DNA of 63,737 nt, the filler included, from Octopus bimaculoides (taxonomy: Eukaryota): NCBI RefSeq assembly GCF_001194135.2. It is 9 parts of 8 records of this genome, joined end to end, with 100 filler letters (N's around TTAATTAATTAA, not from the genome) between each part and the next. Parts side by side here need not be neighbours in the genome. Positions count along the whole stretch, not along the records: positions 49,338 to 52,596 come from NC_069008.1; positions 52,697 to 54,077 come from NW_026335741.1; positions 54,178 to 56,346 come from NW_026396921.1; positions 56,447 to 60,964 come from NC_068981.1; positions 61,065 to 62,635 come from NC_068993.1; positions 62,736 to 63,737 come from NC_068981.1; 3 more parts are not named here. The stretch is one strand, 5' to 3'. The notes under the pieces were generated by a model. That model was not told where the DNA came from and ran no database searches. It was given only the letters and a program-made list of their open reading frames with translations. Positions within the stretch are counted from its first letter, which is position 1; every line of letters starts with the position of its first letter. Positions 52,496 to 63,737 of the stretch are shown in pieces. The position numbers and the translations under genes were made by a program.

Positions 52496-53297
52496 GTAAG
52501 CATTATAGTAGTAAATTGAATTTTATTAGCATTTATATGCACATACACAGAGACACATGTATGCACATACATACATTCATACATACATATATATATNNNN
52601 NNNNNNNNNNNNNNNNNNNNNNNNNNNNNNNNNNNNNNNNTTAATTAATTAANNNNNNNNNNNNNNNNNNNNNNNNNNNNNNNNNNNNNNNNNNNNGAAC
52701 GTATATAATTTTGGTGTCTATATGTATATCTAAGTGTGCATATATACATACATACACACACACTGATACATGTATACATACATAAATACATACATACATA
52801 CATACATGCAGCGATGGCTAAAAACATACGTTGAACTTCCGACACACATGCATCCCCACACATGCATAAACACCTAAATAAACACACATAAACAGTTGAA
52901 CATATATACACCTTTATATACACACAAAGTATAACAGTATATTGACAATTCCAATAACCTTTGACTTATAATCTGTTATTAGTTTTAAGCCAAGTTCTGA
53001 TGTGTTTATTGACTACTGAAGAATGTCGCCATCTTGGTTTTTGCTGTGTGTGTATATATATATAAATAGATCGTATATATATATATATAAGGATAATATA
53101 AGGATAAACATACTAACACGCACACATACACACACACACACACGCATACACTAACAGAGATACACGTTTTTACTTATACATAGATAATATACATGCAGAT
53201 ATAAATACACACATATATGTGTAATGTATGTACATATATGTATACACACACACACACACACACAAACACACACGCACACACATAAATATAGAATTAC

Positions 53298-53336
<39 letters not shown>

Positions 53337-53415
53337 TGAATGCTTCAACATATGTTTAAATGAATATCTACTTTATGTGTATATAAGTTTTGTATACACA
53401 TATAAGTGTATATAA

Positions 53416-53454
<39 letters not shown>

Positions 53455-53813
53455 AGAGGAAGAGAGAGAGAGATACATACTTAAATACTCATATATACAT
53501 GTCTATACGTATATATGGGTATATATAAATACTCATATTTATTTATCAACATTTCTATTTCTATAAATGTACATTTACACACACACACACACATGTATAC
53601 GTATTCACACATATACACTCACTGACACTCAGTTTGTGGTAGAACCTGAAATAATGAAAAAAAAAGAAAAATTCCTCATCGAACTCTATTATTGATACAT
53701 TCGGTTGTATAATGTTTGTAAACACAGTCGCAGACATATATACACTCGTACACTTGCACATAAATATACATACATTCACGCACAAATACACACACGCACA
53801 CGCGCATACACAG

Positions 53814-53890
<77 letters not shown>

Positions 53891-55261
53891 AAACACATGT
53901 AAAAACATTCCTACAAATATACACGTAAAAGATTTAATTTTCCTGTCGCAGACACACGTAGAATGTTATGTATGTATGTATGTATGTATGTATGTATGTA
54001 TATGCGTGTATGTATGTGTGTGTATGTATGTATGTGTGTGTATGTATGTGTGTATGTATGTGTGGGTATTTATATTTNNNNNNNNNNNNNNNNNNNNNNN
54101 NNNNNNNNNNNNNNNNNNNNNTTAATTAATTAANNNNNNNNNNNNNNNNNNNNNNNNNNNNNNNNNNNNNNNNNNNNTGCTATATGTGTACAGATACAGT
54201 ATATGTTTATTCATAGTTTTCATTAATTAGATTAATGCATCAGTATTGCTTTAAATATGCTAAATTTGGAAAATTTGAGATACCAATATTTGCTTAATTA
54301 ATATGTGAATAAATAAAAGCTAATTATAAATTAATAATGAAATAAGAAATAAAAAGAAATAGTGTATAGTAATGTAACTAATCAATGCATTCAGTATGCA
54401 AAAACCATGAAGTAGTATTAATTTAAAATGCTCTGGTAAAGTACATTTAGATTTATTTACACCAATATAAATATAAAGAACCATAGATAAGATGTGAAAT
54501 TTAAAATTTTTTATATATATTGGACTAAAAATTATTTTTTAATTAAAATTAAAGTTATATAGCTAATATTATTTAAAGGACACATAAGAGATAAAATTTA
54601 TTTTATAACTACTGTAAAGAATTGATACATAGGATTTACATGGTTTATAATGATGGACTCATCAAGGTTTAAGAAACTGATAAAATAAATGGTTGGAATT
54701 AACATAGAATACAATGGTGAACTAAACAACTAATAGAGAACATGATAATTATGTACTAATTTAATTAGACCACACTATCTTAAATTATCAGGAACTTGTG
54801 TTAACTAACATGGGCTAAGTACAAAATAATAATGGAACAAGCATTAGATTTATTTTAGTCACCCATAAAATAACAATAATAATAATAATACTACCACAAA
54901 CAATGGAATAATGGAATAACATGAATCCTTTAGGGTCAGGCATCAAATGGAATTTTAAAAGGTTTGAAAACTATTAAAAACTATGAAGAAATTTCAAAAC
55001 ATCCTATTCTTTTAAGTTAAATAAAGTAAAGTAAATAAGATACACACTAAACTAACAGCAATAGCAAAAGTGGTATGAAAAAAATTTAAGTAAAACCATA
55101 TACTATCCATGGATAAAGTTAAAATTCTAGTTATCACAGGAAGATGATATATTAAGGTGAGAGATCAAAAATATGCTATAAAAGTTCAATTTCAATTTAA
55201 ATATGTACTAATTATAAAGATAAACATGGTAGATGTTAAAATACCACACTATTTAAGCTTG

Positions 55262-56005
55262 CTACTTTTTAAAATATTTAAAAGTGCAAGTGGAACAGTG
55301 TACACACAATACTCTAAGGTCTAATCTGTTATTAATCAGGTTAGAACTGTTTCTAAGTTTAAAAATTTCATATGTTTCCATGGAACATAATTCACATCCA
55401 TATCTGTTATTTCTATAAGGTTGGGCTTTTCTTATAATTTCCCATTTAAGGCTAAAACTAGTACCACTTNNNNNNNNNNATCCATATCTGTTATTTCTAT
55501 AAGGTTGGGCTTTTCTTATAATTTCCCATTTAAGGCTAAAACTAGTACCACTTTCCTTTAATTCCCAAATTTTATTTGATAACGATGTACAATTTGCCTT
55601 ATGTTTAAGTCTAAAAGATGACAAGTGGTTATATATACGCTGTTTCAAATTAATCGTACATCCCAAGTAAATATAATTATCAGTTATAGTAATTATTGTG
55701 CATTTATATACTACGTTTTGGGTGAGACATCGGCCTAATAACAGACAATGGGACTTATTTCTACAATCGCAACAAGTGGAACTATCAACAACACCTGTAT
55801 TAGTACTAAGATTTAAATTATTGTTGTTACAATTATTCACATTGATATTATTTCCCCTATTATTAATTCTGTTATCAGGTTTATTATGATCACTTCTATT
55901 ACTATCTAACTCCATTTCCATCATGCTATCAGATAGAATCATTCCCACAGTATCAGGCATACTAATATTTTCTATTTCCATATAGGAACTAGACTCATAA
56001 TTCAC
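55262..56005 (-). CDS. Stand-alone GIY-YIG endonuclease of Penelope-like-element type (about 219 aa from GTG after removing an 84-nt assembly duplication; first ATG at 55981)
   Basis: CDCRNKSHCLLLGRCLTQNVVY...YIYLG..NLKQRIYNH...LSNKIWELK...KWEII...CELCSMETYEI...LINNR...CVH. The GIY-YIG Tyr/Tyr-Gly, Arg, His, Glu and Asn residues are all present, with no stops and no RT in frame upstream. Confidence 0.8.
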   Translation of the reverse strand: MNYESSSYMEIENISMPDTVGMILSDSMMEMELDSNRSDHNKPDNRINNRGNNINVNNCNNNNLNLSTNTGVVDSSTCCDCRNKSHCLLLGRCLTQNVVYKCTIITITDNYIYLGCTINLKQRIYNHLSSFRLKHKANCTSLSNKIWELKESGTSFSLKWEIIRKAQPYRNNRYGXXXXSGTSFSLKWEIIRKAQPYRNNRYGCELCSMETYEIFKLRNSSNLINNRLDLRVLCVHCSTCTFKYFKK

Positions 56006-57683
56006 ATTATTATCATTAGAGGTGCAACTACATATTTATTTCAATTGTACTTCCAACATCAATACCACTATATTCATTATGTTGGTTTAAGTTATGGTTG
56101 ACATATGTATATTGTTTACCCCTTTCCCTATAAGGAAAGGGCTGGTGCCCTCTTAACTTTTGAATCACTAGGTCTGATAAGAAACAAAAAAAACAAATAA
56201 AATCAGTGACGGTTAAAATCTGCTTAGAATTAATTACTAGCCTGTATGGTCTGGCAAAGTCAAAATGTTTTTTTGTATTCTTCCTTTCCACTTGGTGAGT
56301 TTAAATGTAGTTATAAAAATATGTCCTTCTGTTGAAATGAAATTTCNNNNNNNNNNNNNNNNNNNNNNNNNNNNNNNNNNNNNNNNNNNNTTAATTAATT
56401 AANNNNNNNNNNNNNNNNNNNNNNNNNNNNNNNNNNNNNNNNNNNNGTGCGGGTGACACGTAAAAGCACCCACTACACTCTCTGAGTGGTTGGCGTTAGG
56501 AAGGGCATCCAGCTGTAGAAACTCTGCCAAATCAGACTGGAGCCTGGTGTTGCCATCCGGTTTCACCAGTCCTCAGTCAAATCGTCCAACCCATGCTAGC
56601 ATGGAAAGCGGACGTTAAACGATGATGATGATGATATAGGGAGAATTCACAAAAAAACAAAAGACGAAAACAGGTGGTGTAGAAAACAAACAGATGTATT
56701 AGTATAACATTCGGGAAGTGAAAAAGTCTTAAACATTTAGAGCTTACGCTCTTCCACAGAAAGGAGCACCAAAAGAAACAAGGAGATAAACAGGCAGGCT
56801 TCCACACAAACTCCATCTGCTAAATTCACTCGCAAGCCATAATCACCATAGGGCTGCATTAGAAGATACCTGCCCAAGGTGCCATGCATTGGGGCTGTAC
56901 CAAAACCACATGGTTCCAAAACAAGCCTCTTAACCACACAGCCCAAAGACATCATTCTTGAATATGTCCTTCCTAATTTTTAAGACAGTTGGGTTAGATC
57001 TGAAATTGAGGGAAGTTTGGCTGTTATTTTTAACAGAATCATCAAGCACATAGAAGCTTCTGTTGGTTCATTATTATCGCTTCAGTCCACCATTGATTTT
57101 GTTCTTTCTTAGTCCCAGGTCAACCATGATTGAGCAAACCAATGGTTAAAAAGAATTCCAGTCATGACCTTCCCATTTTTTTACTATGTGCAAGGAACCT
57201 TCATTATATTATCCATTGTGTCATTTTAGATGGTAGGGAATTATTTGATACATCTTTCATCTTTAATTTGTTTCAGTCATTTGACTGCGACCATGCTGGA
57301 GCACTGGTTTCAAAAGTTTTAGCTGTACAAATCAAGCTCAAGACTTATTTTTTGCTAAAGCCCAGTACTTATTCTATTGGCCTCTTTTTGCTGAACTGCT
57401 AAGTTACAGGGATGTAAACACACCAGCATCAGTTATCAAGTGATGTTGGAGGGACAAACACAGACACACAAACACACACACACATATGACAGGCTTCTTT
57501 CAGTTTCCGTCTACCAATCCACTCATAAGGCTTTGGTCGGCCTGAGGCTATAGTAGAAGACATTTGCTCAAGGTGTCATGCAGTGGGACTAAACCTGGAA
57601 CCATGTGGTTGGTAAGCAACCTACATACCACACAGCCACTCCTGAGCCGATAGCCACTCCTGCTCCTATAGCCACTCTTGTGC

Positions 57684-57725
<42 letters not shown>

Positions 57726-57978
57726 GAGAATATACAAATAATAACAACAGACGAGGACAGGTGGTGTAAATAACAAAAGGATATATTAGTATGACGCTCG
57801 GGAATACGGATATATATATATATATACCGAAGTAAGCACATAAATGTGCAACAAGGTGGAAAAAAGAGTACTCAAATACCAGAGGTAGAGTAATATGCTT
57901 TATTTAAAAGCAGCAGAAATATAACAAAAGACTGTTACTCGGTGTTTCACATTCCCATTCATCAACTTTGTTAGGAAC

Positions 57979-58027
<49 letters not shown>

Positions 58028-58585
58028 CAGGCTTCTTTCAGTTTCCATCTACGAAATCCACTCACAAGGCTTTGGTTGGCCTGAGGCTATAGTAGAAGAC
58101 ACTTGCCAAAGCTGCCACACAGTGGAGCGGAACTCAGAATGATGTGATTGGGAAGCAAGCTTCATACCACACAGCTACGCCTGCACCTATTGATGGATAT
58201 TTGGTTATTATTTCTAGCAGGTTCAGCAACCATATAGAAGCTCCTACATTCTGTATCTGCTGCTGTTGCTGTTGCTGCTGCTGCTGCCATAGTTGATATT
58301 TTTATTGTTATTGTTGTTGCAGTTGTTTTTGATCATATTTTAGCTGTGATTACTGCTGTTGTTTGTTTGAAGTATCACAACTAGGGCCAAGCTGGAGCCT
58401 TGCTCTCTCTGTTACTGAATTTGTGTGGGTGTGTGGGTGTGTCTGTGTGAGAGCTATGTGTGTGAATGTGCGTGTGCACATGTGTATGTGAACGGGTGTG
58501 GATGTGTGTTTATGTGTGTGCGTGTGTATGAGTGTGTGTGTGTGTGAGTGTTTTTTAGTGAGTTTGCAATTGCAATTGTTCTTTT

Positions 58586-58713
58586 ATGTTGTTTTGTTTT
58601 TTGGCCTTGAATTTTGTTACCATGCTTGACATCGCTGCTACTGCTGCTGCTGCTGATGATGATGATGATGACGATGATGATGATGATGGTGATGGTGGTG
58701 GTTATGATGATGG

Positions 58714-58777
<64 letters not shown>

Positions 58778-59800
58778 GGTGGTGTTGGTGTTGGTGGTGG
58801 TTGTGGTGGTNNNNNNNNNNNNNNNNNNNNNNNNNNNNNNNNNNNNNNNNNNNNNNNNNNNNNNNNNNNNNNNNNNNNNNNNNNNNNNNNNNNNNNNNNN
58901 NNNNNNNNNNNNNNNNNNNNNNNNNNNNNNNNNNNNNNNNNNNNNNNNNNNNNNNNNNNNNNNNNNNNNNNNNNNNNNNNNNNNNNNNNNNNNNNNNNNN
59001 NNNNNNNNNNNNNNNNNNNNNNNNNNNNNNNNNNNNNNNNNNNNNNNNNNNNNNNNNNNNNNNNNGGTTGTGGTGGTGGTGGTTATGATGATGATGATGA
59101 TGATCGTGATGGTGGTGATGTGGGTGGTAGTGGTGGTGGTTGTGGTTGTGGTGGTGGTGACGATGATGATGATGATGATGGTGGTGATGGTGGTGGTGGT
59201 GGTAGTGGTGGTGGTGCTGGTGGTGATGATGATGATGAGGTTACTTGTTGTTGTTCTCTTTGTTGCCGTCGTATTATTACATGCATTTGAGAGAGTGACT
59301 AATGCAAACTACAGAATCAATACATCAGTGGGAATCAAGTGCATAACATCACTTAAGGACTTCAAAACAACAACAGGAGCAGCAGCAGCAGCAGCAGCAG
59401 TTGTAGCAACAGGAGAAACAGCAGCAGCAACAGTAGAAGAAACAGCAGCAGCAGTAGCAGCAGCAGCAACTGCAGCAACAGCAGTAATAAAAAGCAGTAA
59501 TAACAACAGCAACAGAAGCAGAAGCAGAAGCAGTGGCAGCAACAGCAGCAGCAGCAGCAGCAACAACAACAACTACAACAGCAGCAGTAATAACAACAAC
59601 AGCAGCAACAGCAGCAACAGCTGCAGCAACAACATAAGCAACAGCAATATCAGAAGTGGCTACAGAAGTAAGAGCCACAATAGGAGCAACAACAGCAGTA
59701 ACAGCAGCAGCAACAGCAGCTGTAGCAGCAGCAGCAGCAATAGTAGCAGCAACAGCAGCAGCAGCAATGACAGCCACAACAGTAGCAGTAGGACAAATGA
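58586..59800. repeat. Compound (GAT)n/(GGT)n/(AGC)n low-complexity tract
   Basis: Direct reading; the long ORFs here are homopolymeric translations. Confidence 0.9.
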
Positions 59801-60011
59801 ACAAACGCATGATGTCTAGCATTTAACAGTTATAACGTTCACCGTCTTCATGAACATCATAATATTTCCATCAACTTAACATGTTTTTGATATATCAAAA
59901 GGTGGCCTCTTCTTTCATTTTCTCCATTCTTTCGGTTTTTTGCATTTCCAGAAGCATAATGTCATCCAGTGTTTCTGGAATTTATTGCTCCATTGCTATC
60001 TGCTACAGAAG

Positions 60012-60049
<38 letters not shown>

Positions 60050-60269
60050 AAGAAAACTTTTTCTTAAAGAAACATGATTTTAAAAATAGATATTTTATGT
60101 AAATAAAAATGTGAACGACAGCAGCAAGCTAAGAGTGTGTGTCGTGAGGAGATGGTTTCAGAATGTAACTTTACTATAAGATTTCAGAAAATAAAATCTT
60201 GGAATGATTTTCAAACAAAAATCTGGTAAGTGGAAGAGGAATTGATGTCCAATATTTTAAATCTGGGTT

Positions 60270-60964
60270 TTCTGGGCAGGGAACACTGACGGAGTCGGGA
60301 GCGTAGGAATACTTCTAGCAGAGAAATGGGTTGATAAGGTAATCGAGGTAGTTAGAGTATGTGACAGAGTACTTAAGATTAGACTAGTGCTTCATCATAG
60401 GCTAGCTACTGTCATCTCAGCCTATGCCCCTCAACCGGGGCTCCCGGATGGGCTGAAAGACCAATTCTATGACACCCTCTTGCAAACTACCTCGTCGGCA
60501 AGAGACAGAGACCTTCTCTTTGTGACTGGTGACTTCAATGGTCATGTCGGACGTCGTGCTGGAGGCTTCCATGGCATACATGGAGGCTATGGCTTTGGTT
60601 CCCGCAACGAGGAGGGAACCAGACTGCTGGAGTTCTGTGATGCAACCGATCTTATGGTTTGCAATACCAACTTCAGGAAACCTGCCTGTCACCTAGTCAC
60701 CTACCAATCCGGCAGACACTCTAGCCAAATCGACTACATCTTCGCCAGAACTAGAGAAAGAGGGAGGCTTATAAATGCCAAAACCCTCCCTGGCGAAGAA
60801 TGTACACCCCAACACAGATTAGTAGTTAGCGACTTCGAGATCAAGGCAATATGGGTGCCCAGAAGTAGAGCGGCCTGGGGGAGAAGGGTATGGAAACTTA
60901 AAGACGTGGAAGATAATTGGAGATTTCTGCAGGACAACCTGTTGAGAGCCACAGACCAGATCTG
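60270..60964 (+). mobile_element. RTE-clade LINE APE endonuclease fragment (open frame up to the spacer)
   Basis: FWAGNTDGVGSVGILLAEKW...VISAYAPQ...GDFNGHVG...GFGSRNEEGTRLLEFC...NTNFRK..HLVTYQSG...QIDYI...QHRLVVSDF. Confidence 0.9.
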
Positions 60965-61932
60965 NNNNNNNNNNNNNNNNNNNNNNNNNNNNNNNNNNNN
61001 NNNNNNNNTTAATTAATTAANNNNNNNNNNNNNNNNNNNNNNNNNNNNNNNNNNNNNNNNNNNNACAAACATACAGCACACATGCATGGACATATACACA
61101 CACGCACACACGCGCACATACGCACACACACACATGCACAAACACACACGCATACATACACACATACACGCATACATACACACATACACACGTACACAAA
61201 CGCACACACACATACACACGCACAGGAATGCACCGATACTCCCACACACATCCACCTCCCCCCACACACACCTCATGCATACATGTATACACACACGCAT
61301 ACACACACACACGTAGACAAATACACTCGTACACATAACTACACGCACACACAAACACATGCATACACGCGCAAATAGCGCACCTATACCCCCTACACAA
61401 TCTTCCGTTCACGCACACAGCCCAAAACAACACACACATACATACACAGTTACACACTCACATACACTCACACGCACACACATGTATACGCACGAACACA
61501 CATACACACACGCACACGCAAATGAACCTACGCATACCTCCCATACACACACAGCACACACTCATACATACACGCACACAATTATACATACATGTACATA
61601 CTAACGCTCATACAAGCACACACACTCGCTTACAATACACAGAATAAGGTACACAATAACAGACACAACGACACGCGTAACCAGATACCTACAAGTACAC
61701 ACACATACAAACACACACACTGCAAACAAAACACACATACACGTACACACACATACTTCAAACTACCAGCAGTACCTTTCTACTAACCATTGTCCTACGC
61801 CCATGTGTAGGTAGATACACAACAGACAGCCACTCCTACCAAAATTCTTACTTTCAATTCTTCCTATGACCTTAAACGATACTAAGTCCTACCACACACA
61901 TACATAAACAGCCACAACCATTCACACACACA

Positions 61933-61977
<45 letters not shown>

Positions 61978-62201
61978 ACACACATACAGGCGCACGCACG
62001 CACCTACAGGTGTTATCATCACATCCACACAAACACACTGCTCACACACACATACAAACAGATACCACCTTCTCTTGTACTCTCCTGTCTTTGAAAGAAG
62101 TTTTTCTTCACCCATTTCCTTCCGGTCATTTCAATATGTGACTGTGTGTGTATCGTTAGCGATTTTCTTTCTCTGTCTTCCCTTCTATGGGCTTTTTCTA
62201 T

Positions 62202-62236
62202 ATTTCTGATGAAGAGCTCCGCTCGAAACGTGAAGT
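62202..62236 (+). ncRNA. Minimal hammerhead motif with canonical CUGAUGA core but non-cleavable GUG triplet
   Basis: AUUU-CUGAUGA-A-GAGC-UCC-GCUC-GAAAC-GUG-AAGU. Confidence 0.6.
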
Positions 62237-62322
62237 CTTCTTTCTTTTCTTTCCATTCCAATAACACTGTACTTATTCCACGTCCTCGCGTTGTTTTTTT
62301 CTTGCTTGTTCATGATTGGATT

Positions 62323-62357
<35 letters not shown>

Positions 62358-62737
62358 GCTGTCGAGGGTTCCAGTTGATACGATCAACGGAACAGCCTGC
62401 TCGTGAAATTAACGTGCAAGTGGCTGAGCACTCCACAGACACGTGTACCCTTAACGTAGTTCTCGGGGATATTCAGCGTGATACAAGGCTGGCCCTTTGA
62501 ATTACAGGCACAACAGAAAGAGAAAGACAGAGTGAGAGAAAGTTGTGGTGAAAGACTACCGCATGGTTCGCTACCATCCCCTGCCGGAGCCTCGTGGAGC
62601 TTTAGGTGTTTTCGCTCAACAAACACTGACAACACNNNNNNNNNNNNNNNNNNNNNNNNNNNNNNNNNNNNNNNNNNNNTTAATTAATTAANNNNNNNNN
62701 NNNNNNNNNNNNNNNNNNNNNNNNNNNNNNNNNNNAT

Positions 62738-62990
62738 ATGTCTGTGCACACGTTTAAATGCGGTGTGTGCCAGAGGGTTTGCAAATCCAATGGGGGTCTT
62801 AAAAGACATGTTAGGATCCTCAATGAGCAGAACTTACCTGCAGGTATTGGTAGTGCAAATCAGAGGTGCAATCTGTGTGGGTGTTTTTTCAAAACACTGT
62901 CTGGTTTAAAAAGCCACATCAGACGCCATGAAAGGGCTAAGGTGTAGGTGCAGGAGGTGGTCAAACTCTGTTTAAGGAGTAGACAACCAC
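62738..62990 (+). mobile_element. Two C2H2 zinc fingers, stop, short 3' UTR and (TA)n tail: probable 3' end of an RTE-type LINE ORF
   Basis: FKCGVCQRVCKSNGGLKRHVR and CNLCGCFFKTLSGLKSHIRRH, then TAG; lacks the TGEKP linkers of host Kruppel-type arrays. Confidence 0.6.
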
Positions 62991-62991
62991 C

Positions 62992-63031
<40 letters not shown>

Positions 63032-63664
63032 GGACGGCGGTGCAGCAGCATGGCCGCAGCTCTAAGCTGAAACTATAAAAGACAAAAGATAAATATATAT
63101 ATATGTATATATATATACGTATGGATGTATGTATATACGTTTAGATGCATATATATATATATATATACACACTCATATACATACATCTGTATGTGTGTGT
63201 GTCTATTAGTATACATGGGTGCATGTGTAACTCTGATGTACATTTGGATATTGGAAGATAAATGAGCTCCTGGGCACTCAGAATATTGTAACTATGCTAA
63301 AAGGTGTATGACATTTGCGTGTCAGTGCGTGTCAGTGAGTGCTGAAGTAACTGTTTATTGGTGTGTATATGTGTGTATGAATATATAAATATATAGATTG
63401 GTAGATTACCTGCTACTTTGGAAAATAGGCAAAAACGTATAAAGTTATACGAAGGCAAATATGTATGTATGTGTGTCTGTGTGTGTGTGCGTGCCTGCGT
63501 GCGCGTATGTGTGTTTCAGTGTTTGTGTTTCTTATTGGCTTTAATGCTAGTAGTGGCTGTCTTGCTGATCTTATAGTAATGAACGCGTTACATAGACCTC
63601 GGCAGCAATGTAGTTATAGAAGCAGGCATGTTGCATTTGTTCGAGTTAGCTAGATGTGTGTGTT

Positions 63665-63695
<31 letters not shown>

Positions 63696-63737
63696 ATACA
63701 CACATTATATTTGTGTGTTTGTATATATATATATATA

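Noticed and set aside
54640-54670. Minus-strand TTGATGAGTCC resembling a canonical hammerhead start near the GIY-YIG gene
   Set aside because: No GGAC/GAAA partner or stems on the same strand.
55396-55553. Apparent internal duplication (SGTSFSLKWEIIRKAQPYRNNRYG twice) in the GIY-YIG ORF
   Set aside because: Two identical 74-bp copies separated by exactly 10 N is a contig-overlap artefact; removing 84 nt keeps the frame.
58614-59819. 401-aa ORF
   Set aside because: Built entirely from GAT, GGT and AGC repeats plus an N gap.
59952-60020. Candidate third lipoprotein exon after tttccag
   Set aside because: Translation does not match the expected family continuation, and it is on another block.

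Overview
Eukaryotic, repeat-saturated non-coding DNA. The SINE families, dense microsatellites and TTAGGG repeats suggest a cephalopod such as Octopus; this is inference, no search was run. The window is not contiguous: eight identical 100-nt spacers (44 N + TTAATTAATTAA + 44 N) split it into nine blocks whose adjacency is unproven. Host coding content is limited to two spliced exons of a large lipid transfer protein (apolipophorin/vitellogenin/apoB family) at 50501-52495. The rest is a decayed near-full-length Tx1/L1-clade LINE, R4/Dong-type and RTE fragments, several tRNA-derived SINE families and simple repeats; nearly all ORFs in the track are microsatellite or N artefacts. The most unusual signals are: (1) a tRNA-headed SINE carrying a minimal hammerhead ribozyme, with a Penelope-style inverted 5' end (36412-36659); (2) several further short repeat families with minimal hammerheads, some sharing a non-canonical CUGUUGA core; (3) an intact, RT-less Penelope-type GIY-YIG endonuclease ORF on its own AT-rich 2.2-kb block; (4) a roughly 240-255-bp satellite combining telomeric TTAGGG repeats with a 42-bp palindrome; (5) SINE copies whose 3' tail matches the Tx1 LINE 3' end.
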